Below, piece after piece: positions 7,142 through 14,110 of a DNA stretch of 14,110 nucleotides. The stretch lies in the IMG/VR virus record IMGVR_UViG_2541047932_000008. One strand, written 5' to 3'. The stretch's first letter is position 1. Every line of letters begins with the position of its first letter. Source of the stretch: a virus (Duplodnaviria > Heunggongvirae > Uroviricota > Caudoviricetes). The translations under genes and the position numbers were made by a program. Below the pieces are notes generated by a model. The model did no database searches. It was not told where the DNA came from and saw only the letters and a list, made by a program, of their open reading frames with translations.

Positions 7142-7537
7142 TCATTGATTCACCTTCTGCTCAATATTTTTAAGGTCATTTTCCGCATACAGTATTGCAG
7201 TTCTTGCTGCCCGCAACCGTGCTTTGGTGTTCTTTTCTTCACGCTCGAGGCTGGCAACAGATTCTCGGAGCTGATCGCGTCTGTTATGAAGCTGTCTAAT
7301 CTCTCTCACCACAGCCTCACCATCGTTCGCACACCGCAGAACATACTGAAAAGGGTCCACAACACATCCGCACTGCAAGCACAGGATAACGCGATCCTGT
7401 TCATGAACCTCAATGGCCCGATGCTTACAGCTCTGTTGTGTGTAGTTTTTTCTGCCAGTTACTGTAATGTTCAGCAGCTTCTCTTCATCGCGCTTTGGCT
7501 GCACCCGTGTGATGATATTATCGCCTTCATTTTCCAT
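7142..7537 (-). CDS. Hypothetical protein (131 aa) with Cys cluster and coiled-coil C-terminus
   Basis: Start chosen at ATG 7537: AGGAGGTGA lies 5 nt upstream and the ATG shares one base with the TGA of the upstream gene (TGATG). The ORF track's 7612 start lacks an RBS. Contains CKH...CLQCGC. Confidence 0.7.
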   Translation of the reverse strand: MENEGDNIITRVQPKRDEEKLLNITVTGRKNYTQQSCKHRAIEVHEQDRVILCLQCGCVVDPFQYVLRCANDGEAVVREIRQLHNRRDQLRESVASLEREEKNTKARLRAARTAILYAENDLKNIEQKVNQ

Positions 7538-8127
7538 CAGTTCACCTCCTGCGGCGGTTCTGGTAGCGGCATCCAGTGTGACGGTTTCCACGACGCACCA
7601 GGAATTATCCACCCATCATTAGCGTCAGGATGCCCCGGGATGTAAGTCGCCCACTTCATTCGCCAGTCACCTTTCCTGTCAAACTCCACGGCAACAAGAA
7701 CGGCTGTTTTGGTATCCGGCATTCGCTCACTACAGCTTATCCAACCATCCGGAGTTACCGGAGAGTTGCCAGACAGCGCATTCTGCAACCGTTCCAGCTT
7801 AACGTATTCCTGAACCCTGTTTCCGTCGCACGCCTGAAGCCATTGCTCAGCCTTTTGCGCATCTGTGTGAAAGGCACAAGTGCGACCGTCATCAAATTGC
7901 ATTTCGTAGAGGTTAGCAATCTGTTCAAACTGCGTGTGTGGAAACTTGTGAGTTTGGCTTACAGGTTCGGCTTCCAGCGATGCCAGTGCAATTTTAAATG
8001 CGGTAAGTATGTTGTTAACCTCACCTATTTCGAATGCTATTTCACTACATACAAACGATTTATCGTCTATTATCGACTCAATTCCGGGAATCGTGTTCTG
8101 TAGCCATTCTTTGGTTAATTCAGCCAT
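7537..8127 (-). CDS. DUF551 domain protein
   Basis: 196 aa. C-terminal DGWISCSERMPD...SHWMPLPEPPQ is the DUF551 hallmark seen in lambdoid nin regions. Confidence 0.8.
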   Translation of the reverse strand: MAELTKEWLQNTIPGIESIIDDKSFVCSEIAFEIGEVNNILTAFKIALASLEAEPVSQTHKFPHTQFEQIANLYEMQFDDGRTCAFHTDAQKAEQWLQACDGNRVQEYVKLERLQNALSGNSPVTPDGWISCSERMPDTKTAVLVAVEFDRKGDWRMKWATYIPGHPDANDGWIIPGASWKPSHWMPLPEPPQEVN

Positions 8128-8253
8128 TCTTCACTACCGCCCTTTCTGGCGGCCTCCTGATGTTCTGAGGGTGCAGGGATCTCTCCGGTTAAGGATTTAA
8201 TAAAAATCATTTCTGATTTAAATTTTCAGTGTTTAGTTGTTGGTTTATAGCCT

Positions 8254-8565
8254 TTATGCTTCGGCCTTATTTCTCAGCCATACACAAACAGGACCATCTT
8301 CGGTGTCATGTATCGAACCGATAAACCATCCCTCACCTTCTGGTCGCTCAGGTTCCCATGCTGAAATATCAGGGCCATCTGCGTCCAGATTAAAATCATC
8401 TTCATCCATACTACGGATACCCCACTGAAGATTATTTTTCTCCATCCAGGCGTTAAACTCTTCCGTTGAAATATATTCCCGACCATCACAGAATTTTTCA
8501 TATTCAGGATGCGTCCAGCAGCCATATTCATTACGTTCCACTGGCATTTCTTTAATTGCGCTCAT
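8254..8565 (-). CDS. Hypothetical acidic protein (103 aa)
   Basis: ORF-track frame. Start ATG overlaps the stop of the upstream 63-aa gene (ATGA). No motif recognised. Confidence 0.7.
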   Translation of the reverse strand: MSAIKEMPVERNEYGCWTHPEYEKFCDGREYISTEEFNAWMEKNNLQWGIRSMDEDDFNLDADGPDISAWEPERPEGEGWFIGSIHDTEDGPVCVWLRNKAEA

Positions 8566-8753
8566 TTACCACCTCCCTTATTTAATTTTCTACGACACTT
8601 TTTACAATCATCTGGACTTTCGAATGTATCCGGCTCACGCTCATTGCCAAAATACATCCACCCACCGCAAGTACTTGTTATTTCACCTTCAGCAAAATAA
8701 TGATGCTTTTTCGCCATAAGTGGCCTTGCCCAGCCCGGATTCGTTTTACTCAC
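8562..8753 (-). CDS. Hypothetical small Cys-containing protein (63 aa)
   Basis: ATGA overlap with both neighbours. Contains STCGGW...DDCKKCRRK, a possible zinc-ribbon. Confidence 0.6.
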   Translation of the reverse strand: MSKTNPGWARPLMAKKHHYFAEGEITSTCGGWMYFGNEREPDTFESPDDCKKCRRKLNKGGGK

Positions 8754-9394
8754 TTGTTGCCTCCTTTGCGAAGCTCTGCGACTAACTCGTCACATATGTG
8801 CGTCAAAGAGCAAAGTTTGATTGATGGGTGTTCGCGCATCATCTCAACCCCCTGCGCCCGCACTTCAGCCAGGAAAGCATCGGTGGCTGGCGTTTCCCGT
8901 GAAAGGTAAGACCAAACAATGTCGTCTGTTTCACTGGGTTCTTCATGAGAGCAATTTGGGCAGACAGCAATACAACCAGCATGATCTTCTATGAGCATCT
9001 TCAGCCACGAGTTCTCCTCCGCCAGCGTCACGCGACTGGCCTCCAGTTCTGCTACGCGCTGTTTTGCAGCATCCAGTTCAATCGACAATTTTTCCAACTG
9101 CTCTTTATGCTTTTTATATTCCTGATATGCGTGCCAAGACTGACCTTTGCGCACACTATCAGTAATATCAGTAATCTGTTCTGGTGTTAGCGTGGTCAGT
9201 GGCTGTGCTGGAAAAATCATCACTTTCCCGGCATCCCAATCAAAACCCGCCCGAACTGACTGAACCTCAACTGATGGTGTTGAACCGATGCGACCAGGAG
9301 AATGAACAACGATCGTTACATCCATATCGCGATGATGGCTGTGGTTGTTGGACAAAATGCGATTCACCAACTCAGAAAATTTGGAAAATTTCAT
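8750..9394 (-). CDS. Coiled-coil protein, tentatively Ead/Ea22-like
   Basis: 214 aa. RBS AAAGGAGAA 6 nt before ATG 9394. Central heptad-like segment KEQLEKLSIELDAAKQRVAELEASRVTLAEENSWLKML and a CPNCSHEE motif. Family name is tentative. Confidence 0.65.
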   Translation of the reverse strand: MKFSKFSELVNRILSNNHSHHRDMDVTIVVHSPGRIGSTPSVEVQSVRAGFDWDAGKVMIFPAQPLTTLTPEQITDITDSVRKGQSWHAYQEYKKHKEQLEKLSIELDAAKQRVAELEASRVTLAEENSWLKMLIEDHAGCIAVCPNCSHEEPSETDDIVWSYLSRETPATDAFLAEVRAQGVEMMREHPSIKLCSLTHICDELVAELRKGGNK

Positions 9395-9681
9395 GCTGAT
9401 TCTCCTTTCTCTGCTCTCTCCTGTCGGAACATCACTATCATCAGGTCACCTTTTGTCGCTATCCTGGCTGTTGTGCCAGGCTCAATGCGGCTAAGTTCAA
9501 ATGCGTCATAGAACGCCTCTAACGCTTTCTGGCGTCTCTCCTGTTTGCGCCGTTTTTTCCACTGTTTTAGAAAAATGGAACCAAGCCATCACCATGCACG
9601 GGACATGATGTAAAGCCAACCGAGAAGTGCCAGACCGGTATTTAGGGCCGTATCGATCGTTATCGTGGTGTCGATATTCAC
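9391..9681 (-). pseudogene. Small membrane-protein gene interrupted by an in-frame TGA (codon 31 of 96)
   Basis: One frame runs from GTG 9681-9679 (AGGAGG 7 nt upstream, overlapping the TAG of the upstream gene) to a TGA at 9393-9391 that overlaps the ATG of the next gene. It is broken only by TGA at 9591-9589 (...MSRAW*WLGSIFLKQWKKRRKQ...). Confidence 0.35.
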
Positions 9682-10073
9682 TACGCCACCTCCTGAAGTT
9701 TCCCCTGATAAAACGCCAGCACGCGCTGCATAACTTCACTATTCCGGCACTCGCAACAGATTATGTTCAGGCGTCTGTCGTAGCGGCGTATTTCTCCGTC
9801 TGGTAACTTTCGAATCAATGTCTGGTCAGTTGTTTTCTCCGGTGTCTTACGCCATACGCGATACACCTGTTCTGATGTAAAAACACCGTATTTACCGGGC
9901 ATGTATAAATCGCCACAAGCCAGTACATCCACAAGGCAACGTCTGACTGAATGCCAGCCTGCTCCCGTCGCTCTCTCCAGTTGTGATATCGTCATGCGTT
10001 CATTTTTGCGTACCAGCCCGATAATTCGGGCCTTCAGTTCTTCACGCTGTTCGTGTGTAAAAGGTTTCGCCAT
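9681..10073 (-). CDS. Hypothetical protein (130 aa), possible winged-helix DNA-binding protein
   Basis: ATG 10073 with GGAGG 6 nt upstream. Begins MAKPFTHEQREELKARIIGLVRKNERMTISQLERATG. Not assigned to a family. Confidence 0.7.
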   Translation of the reverse strand: MAKPFTHEQREELKARIIGLVRKNERMTISQLERATGAGWHSVRRCLVDVLACGDLYMPGKYGVFTSEQVYRVWRKTPEKTTDQTLIRKLPDGEIRRYDRRLNIICCECRNSEVMQRVLAFYQGKLQEVA

Positions 10074-10088
10074 AAGCGCCTCCGGCTA

Positions 10089-10814
10089 TCACTTTTCCGA
10101 CACAATACGACCGGATGAATCGACAATCTGCCGAACAATATCCCAGTGCTTGTTCAACTCCCGCAGCGCGGCGCAGACTCGCTCCCACTTCTGAACCTGA
10201 CCTTTTGCTCGGCGCAGCTCGCGGTTAGCCACATGCAGCGATGGTAAAATCAGACCATCCGGATGCTTTCTGGTGAACGACGGCTGTGACTGCACTGTGA
10301 CCGCCACACTTTCCGTTTTTATTTCTTCCTGTGTTTCCGCTTCCCCGACTGGTAACGCAACACCTGCTGGCTGAGGAAAGGCTTTACCATCCGTTTCCGC
10401 TATGGATGCGGCTTTCGGCTCTGCCGGTAAATCAGCGCCCGGTATGCAGTACCGAAATTTACCGCCCTGATTCACGCGAATCAGACGCCCTTTGCTGATT
10501 GCCATGGCCAGTGATGAATTCGCCCGGCGGGAGGTAATCCCGAACATCAGTGCCAGCTCATCCGCCGTTTGTGGGCCATGATGTTCAATCGCCTCAGTCA
10601 GCATTTGCGCTGTCACTTTCGGTACCGGTGACACTGGTTCACTTTCACCAGCCTGAATCAGCCACCACATCGAACCCTTGTTATCCGCTTCACCACGGCG
10701 CTTCAGTTTCCACAGTTCGTTGACAGCATCTTCGCGGCTGATTCCAAGGCGCGATGCCACTACCTGTGAAGAGGCTTTTTTCAGTGCTTTCAGTGCGTCA
10801 AATACAGTTTCCAT
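10089..10814 (-). CDS. Hypothetical protein (241 aa)
   Basis: Start placed at ATG 10814 ([11 protein letters not shown]...) with TGGAGGAC upstream. The ORF track's 10832 start is TTG. Confidence 0.7.
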   Translation of the reverse strand: METVFDALKALKKASSQVVASRLGISREDAVNELWKLKRRGEADNKGSMWWLIQAGESEPVSPVPKVTAQMLTEAIEHHGPQTADELALMFGITSRRANSSLAMAISKGRLIRVNQGGKFRYCIPGADLPAEPKAASIAETDGKAFPQPAGVALPVGEAETQEEIKTESVAVTVQSQPSFTRKHPDGLILPSLHVANRELRRAKGQVQKWERVCAALRELNKHWDIVRQIVDSSGRIVSEK

Positions 10815-10835
10815 TAAAACGTCCTCCAACAAAAA

Positions 10836-11582
10836 TTACTTCACAACCCTCTGATTGCTGACATTTGGACGCCAGCTATCCCAGTTAAACGTCACCCACC
10901 GACCACCGTTCATGGTCATGCGGTCCATAATCCTCTCACCAAGAAGCGTGCTCATTGCGGCATGATTCAGGTTTGTTAACATCCCGACACTGCACAGTGA
11001 TGCTGTCCGGCGATCAATTATCTGGTGCAATACCACCTGCTCGTTTTTCGTCTCCCGCTGAACGCCTATTTCATCCAGGACCAGCAAATCAACACTGCAA
11101 AGCTCCTGTAAAAATTTTTCCCCGGATTTGCCGTTGTCGTAGCTGTCATGCAACACGCTCATGACATCAGACACGGTGACGATAATCACGCTGCGCCCCT
11201 TCGCCATCAGCCGGTTACCCATCGCCGCTGCAAGGTGATTTTTCCCGGTGCCGGTTTTACCGCTGAACACAAAATTCGTGCACCCGGTCATCAGTTCGTC
11301 AGCTATGGATTTGGCCTGGCTCAGCGCGTATTTTTGCCCGTCGTTCTGCACCTGATAATTCGCAAACGAGCATTTGCTGTGCAGAGGCTGGATGCCCGAA
11401 CGATTCAGGATTTTTTCCACCCGCAACTGGTGATTCTGGCGGTTAATCTCCTCGCTGCGTTTTCGTCCTTCAGCAAGTTGCCATTCCCGCCACTCCTCCA
11501 CCGTCCGGTACGGTGGAACCGACGCCTGTGGTGCAAGTCTGCGAATACGTTCAAGAACCCCGGCTGCCGCAATGTTTTTCAT
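10836..11582 (-). CDS. DnaC-like replicative helicase loader (AAA+ ATPase)
   Basis: 248 aa. Walker A FSGKTGTGKNHLAAA and Walker B DLLVLDEIG; C-terminal VTFNWDSWR resembles E. coli DnaC. Confidence 0.9.
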   Translation of the reverse strand: MKNIAAAGVLERIRRLAPQASVPPYRTVEEWREWQLAEGRKRSEEINRQNHQLRVEKILNRSGIQPLHSKCSFANYQVQNDGQKYALSQAKSIADELMTGCTNFVFSGKTGTGKNHLAAAMGNRLMAKGRSVIIVTVSDVMSVLHDSYDNGKSGEKFLQELCSVDLLVLDEIGVQRETKNEQVVLHQIIDRRTASLCSVGMLTNLNHAAMSTLLGERIMDRMTMNGGRWVTFNWDSWRPNVSNQRVVK

Positions 11583-11588
11583 GCCACA

Positions 11589-12659
11589 TCACCCCCTGAA
11601 TCCCGGCGGAATTTCGGTATCCGGTTCAGAAATATGATTCACACAACGCTGGTTGTTCGTGCCGCTTACCGGGAGCAACCAGGAGTTTTCAAAATTCCGG
11701 TCCGGCCCAAAAAACGTCGTCGCTCGCTGAACAAATTCCGTTCCCGCTTTCCCGGTCGCCGCCAGGTATCTCGCGTAACGCCTCACACCATCCAGCATGG
11801 TCTCTGGTGGCACCCCCTCGCGCAATCTGGCCTTCCAGGCACTGAAAGCGGATTTCTTCGGGTTTGCCCCGGCACGCAACGGGTATTCCCGCCAGACCTG
11901 TTCGAACACATCCGGATAATCCACTCGTCCCACAGACTGCCCGGTGCTTTCCGGGACTACCCGATCGGCTTCCCGCTGAATGGCGGAATCGGCTTCAGGC
12001 TGCTGCAGTTGGTGTGATTGCTCCGGCCTTGCGGTCATCACCTGCTGCACAGCGCCCGAATCGGCTTTCAGCGCATACGCTGAATCGGCTTCCGGTGTCG
12101 TGCCTGCTGGCTGACCAGGATTGACGGTCTGAACATCCCCTGCCTGGTTCGTGGCGTTTTTTACGCCATGGACCATAGTGTTTTGATCTTCTTGATCTGT
12201 ATCTTTATCTGTATCTTTATCTGTCGTGACTCGTCGTGACATGTGCGTGACATTTCGTGACGCGCCGTGACAATCGCCATTTTGTTCCCGCTTTCTTTCC
12301 CTCTCTCGCTGCGCCCTCTTGCGCTCTGCAGGAGATTTTGCGGTTTGCGAAATATTGCCGTTGTCCTCTTTCAGCACCTGGCGTTTTTCCCATCCAGTGA
12401 TTAAATCACCATCAAGTACCCGCCCCTGCATCGTCTGCAAAATTGAATCAATTACCTCTTCTGTCACGTCGAGCGCACTTGCCAAATCTTCTGTCGTGAC
12501 ATCAATGTGACCTCGCGTGACATTTCGTGACGCGCTCACCAGGAGGTGGATATACACTGCCATCACTGTTGCAATTGGCTGCCCTGACACCCTGGCAATT
12601 GTTCGCCACTTAGGGTCATTTGGCATGTCATGCCATAATCTGAGCCAGGCGTTAGCCAT
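11589..12659 (-). CDS. Replication initiator / replisome-organiser protein (O-like; DnaT-like C-terminal region)
   Basis: Start placed at ATG 12659 (MANAWLRLWHDMPNDPKW...) with AAGAGGTGA upstream; the ORF track's 12665 start is GTG. Sits directly upstream of the DnaC-like gene and contains two iteron clusters in its coding sequence. Confidence 0.8.
   Translation of the reverse strand: MANAWLRLWHDMPNDPKWRTIARVSGQPIATVMAVYIHLLVSASRNVTRGHIDVTTEDLASALDVTEEVIDSILQTMQGRVLDGDLITGWEKRQVLKEDNGNISQTAKSPAERKRAQRERERKREQNGDCHGASRNVTHMSRRVTTDKDTDKDTDQEDQNTMVHGVKNATNQAGDVQTVNPGQPAGTTPEADSAYALKADSGAVQQVMTARPEQSHQLQQPEADSAIQREADRVVPESTGQSVGRVDYPDVFEQVWREYPLRAGANPKKSAFSAWKARLREGVPPETMLDGVRRYARYLAATGKAGTEFVQRATTFFGPDRNFENSWLLPVSGTNNQRCVNHISEPDTEIPPGFRG
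12221..12271. repeat. Iteron cluster 1: five direct CGTGAC repeats at 10-11 bp spacing, next to an AT-rich tandem repeat (candidate origin)
   Basis: CGTGAC at 12225, 12235, 12246, 12256 and 12266. Flanked at 12192-12220 by (TCTGTATCTTTA) x2.4. Shares the 21-mer GCGTGACATTTCGTGACGCGC with cluster 2. Confidence 0.5.
12491..12531. repeat. Iteron cluster 2: four CGTGAC/TGTGAC repeats at 10-11 bp spacing
   Basis: Repeats at 12495, 12506, 12516 and 12526. Includes the same 21-mer as cluster 1. An inverted GTCACG copy lies at 12463-12468. Confidence 0.5.
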
Positions 12660-12730
12660 ACTCACCTCTTCTGATACCGAATCATTTTACTCACGAGTTG
12701 CCGGAAGCGATTCGATATGGCTATTGTCAG

Positions 12731-13156
12731 TCAATGTACTGCCACAGCATTTCCTGCCGGGCCACCACGGTTCATCTGATTGAAACCGGCGATTGCCACT
12801 GCGACAAAATCATCAGCGTCTCTCACCAGTCGCTCCCGCGTCTCCACCAGCTCCCGAAAATAAGCTGAACTGTGGCTGCGCATTCTGGCCACCAGCAAAG
12901 GTGGCATTGCCTTTTCGATCGCTGGTAACAACGCCTGAATTTTTTCAACTGCATCAGGGGTGTCTTTCTCTACCCAGCGGAAAATTTTCTGTGTATTGCG
13001 AGCCAGGGCTTCCGGATGGCTGTCGTCATACAGTTCAGGAAACGTCATACCCAACTCAAAATAAGCCTGGGTTATTCCAGCTGCTGGAACTTTTTCGCCA
13101 TCAGGACGCGCCCAGGCATTCATCGCCATGCGGATGTGTTCATGCTTGATTTTCAT
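12731..13156 (-). CDS. YdaT-like protein (CII-position gene of Rac-type immunity regions)
   Basis: 141 aa, MKIKHEHIRMAMNAWARPDG.... GGAG lies 8 nt before ATG 13156. The start overlaps the 3' end of the Cro-like gene by 17 nt. Confidence 0.7.
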   Translation of the reverse strand: MKIKHEHIRMAMNAWARPDGEKVPAAGITQAYFELGMTFPELYDDSHPEALARNTQKIFRWVEKDTPDAVEKIQALLPAIEKAMPPLLVARMRSHSSAYFRELVETRERLVRDADDFVAVAIAGFNQMNRGGPAGNAVAVH

Positions 13157-13415
13157 GAATCAACTCCGGTGTATTTGGTGTGTTAGCCTTATCTCCAGCA
13201 GGCAACCCGTCAGTTGGATTCGGGTATAAATCTGGTCGCAATTCATGAGGAGTAACCCCAGTTGCAATATAAATTTGACGAACCCGTTCTCCCGTCGGCA
13301 CTCGACCATTGTATTCATTTGCCCATTTGTGTATTTGAGATGGCCAAGCCCCTATTGCACGCCCTAGCGGACGAATACCACCAGCAATCTTTATTGCTTT
13401 GTCCAATGCTGTCAT
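13140..13415 (-). CDS. Cro-like / YdaS-like small HTH regulator
   Basis: 91 aa, MTALDKAIKIAGGIRPLGRAIGAWPSQIHKWANE.... GGAGG lies 5 nt before ATG 13415. Divergent from the repressor gene. Confidence 0.75.
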   Translation of the reverse strand: MTALDKAIKIAGGIRPLGRAIGAWPSQIHKWANEYNGRVPTGERVRQIYIATGVTPHELRPDLYPNPTDGLPAGDKANTPNTPELIHENQA

Positions 13416-13443
13416 ACAACCTCCAGTTCAACTAACCACAACG

Positions 13444-13472
13444 ATTGTTCACTTAAAACGAACACAAGTCAA
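13444..13472 (-). promoter_or_regulatory. PR-like early promoter with embedded operator (GTTC-N9-GAAC)
   Basis: Minus strand: TTGACT-tgtGTTCgttttaagtG-AACAAT. The operator dyad (plus 13447-13463) fills the spacer and overlaps the -10. Confidence 0.45.
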
Positions 13473-13484
13473 CACCTCGAGGAA

Positions 13485-13512
13485 TTGTTAGTGTTCACTG
13501 AACGGTTATAAT
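13485..13512 (+). promoter_or_regulatory. Repressor-gene promoter (PRM-like), predicted leaderless transcript
   Basis: TTGTTA (13485-13490), 16-nt spacer containing the palindrome GTTCACTGAAC (13493-13503), then consensus TATAAT (13507-13512). The ATG at 13519 lies 7 nt after the -10 and has no SD. Confidence 0.5.
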
Positions 13513-13518
13513 TGCCAA

Positions 13519-13908
13519 ATGGACATGAGAAAAAAGCAATACGACACCCCGCTAGCAGAAAGGTTAGATACGATCTCTCAACAGCATCATTTAAGTGGTT
13601 CAGATTTAGCGCGTATCGCTGGTGTAGGTCGTTCATCAGTCAACGCATGGAAAAAAAGAGGAACAATCAGTAAAGATTCCGCAGCCAAAATTGCAGAAGC
13701 CACAAACGTTTCCCTTTCTTGGCTACTGACAGGGAAAGAAGAGACAAATAGAGAGGCGCTTGATGATGACGAGAAGGCCCTGCTTGATGTTTACAGAAAC
13801 CTGCCACCTGTAGAACGTAGAAATATGCTGGCAGCTTTTCAAATGCGACTCCAAAAACTGACCGAATTTTACTCAGAATACGTCGACCCAATAACACGAC
13901 AAAAATAA
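13519..13908 (+). CDS. Prophage repressor, XRE-family HTH, no peptidase domain
   Basis: 129 aa. HTH segment LSGSDLARIAGVGRSSVNAWKKRGTISKDSAAKIAEATNVSLSWLLTG. No Ser/Lys peptidase motifs, and too short for a LexA-like C-terminal domain. Confidence 0.85.
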   Translation: MDMRKKQYDTPLAERLDTISQQHHLSGSDLARIAGVGRSSVNAWKKRGTISKDSAAKIAEATNVSLSWLLTGKEETNREALDDDEKALLDVYRNLPPVERRNMLAAFQMRLQKLTEFYSEYVDPITRQK

Positions 13909-13929
13909 TTCTTTATTTTACAGAATCAT

Positions 13930-13958
13930 ACCGCCGCAAGGCGGTTTTTTTTTTTTTT
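13930..13958 (+). terminator. Rho-independent terminator after the repressor gene
   Basis: ACCGCC-GCAA-GGCGGT followed by 14 consecutive T. Confidence 0.8.
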
Positions 13959-13972
13959 GCGTATTCATCATG

Positions 13973-14001
13973 TTGACTTTCGTTCACCTAGAGAGAACAA
14001 T
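13973..14001 (+). promoter_or_regulatory. PL-like promoter with embedded operator, mirror of the PR-like module
   Basis: TTGACT-ttcGTTCacctagagaG-AACAAT: the same 29-bp layout (TTGACT, 3 nt, GTTC-N9-GAAC overlapping AACAAT) as the minus-strand promoter at 13444-13472. Confidence 0.4.
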
Positions 14002-14110
14002 GTATTCCATCAAAGCACAACGGTGCGACAGGTCTTAGTTCCGCTACCCCGGCGTTAAGGGGAAACAGAGGATTTCTCAGTGGGCGAAGTCAAACATCAG
14101 AATGGAAGGC

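Larger units (their letters stand above)
1..14110. mobile_element. Lambdoid prophage segment (immunity - replication - nin-like - Q - late cargo), late genes toward low coordinates
   Basis: Gene order and content: repressor/Cro-like divergent pair, O-like + DnaC-like, RusA, Q-like gene followed by promoter/terminator, NanS-p-type esterase; almost uniform minus-strand orientation with overlapping start/stop codons. Confidence 0.85.

Noticed and set aside
6953-7645. 230-aa plus-strand ORF
   Set aside because: It lies antisense across the hok promoter/leader and the 131-aa minus-strand gene. It has no RBS and a low-complexity, Leu/Ser-rich product typical of a shadow ORF.
9506-9739. 77-aa minus-strand ORF
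   Set aside because: Its start lies inside the upstream 130-aa gene in another frame and its product is Arg/Trp-rich. The alternative frame with gene-like boundaries (9391-9681) is preferred.
11148-12017. 289-aa plus-strand ORF (also 10955-11164 and 11864-12124)
   Set aside because: Antisense to the DnaC-like and O-like genes, which have clear Walker motifs. The product is Arg/Pro/His-rich, as expected for a shadow frame.
12221-12531. CRISPR-like array of CGTGAC repeats
   Set aside because: The repeat core is only 6 bp with 10-11 bp periodicity, lies inside a coding sequence, and has no cas genes nearby. It is interpreted as iterons.

Overview
This window reads as a contiguous segment of a lambdoid (Rac/Qin-like mosaic) prophage, with almost every gene on the minus strand and the late genes toward low coordinates. 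From high to low coordinates: (1) an immunity switch with a short HTH repressor (plus strand, 13519-13908) divergent from Cro-like/YdaS-like and YdaT-like genes, flanked by two near-identical operator-promoter modules; (2) a replication module with an O-like initiator carrying two internal CGTGAC iteron clusters and a DnaC-like helicase loader; (3) a nin-like string of small, mostly translationally coupled genes, including an ORF interrupted by an in-frame TGA, a DUF551 protein, a hok-type type I toxin with complete mRNA architecture, a YdfU-like protein and RusA; (4) a Q-like antiterminator followed by a late-promoter/terminator module; (5) a cargo ('moron') region at the position where Stx phages carry stx, holding a small HTH ORF, an orphan beta-class N6-adenine DNA methyltransferase and about 1.2 kb of AT-rich, poorly coding DNA; (6) the 5' part of a NanS-p-type sialate O-acetylesterase gene running off the window edge. 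No rRNA, tRNA, CRISPR array or IS element was found. All calls are from reading the sequence and ORF track; no database search was run, and family names rest on recalled motifs.
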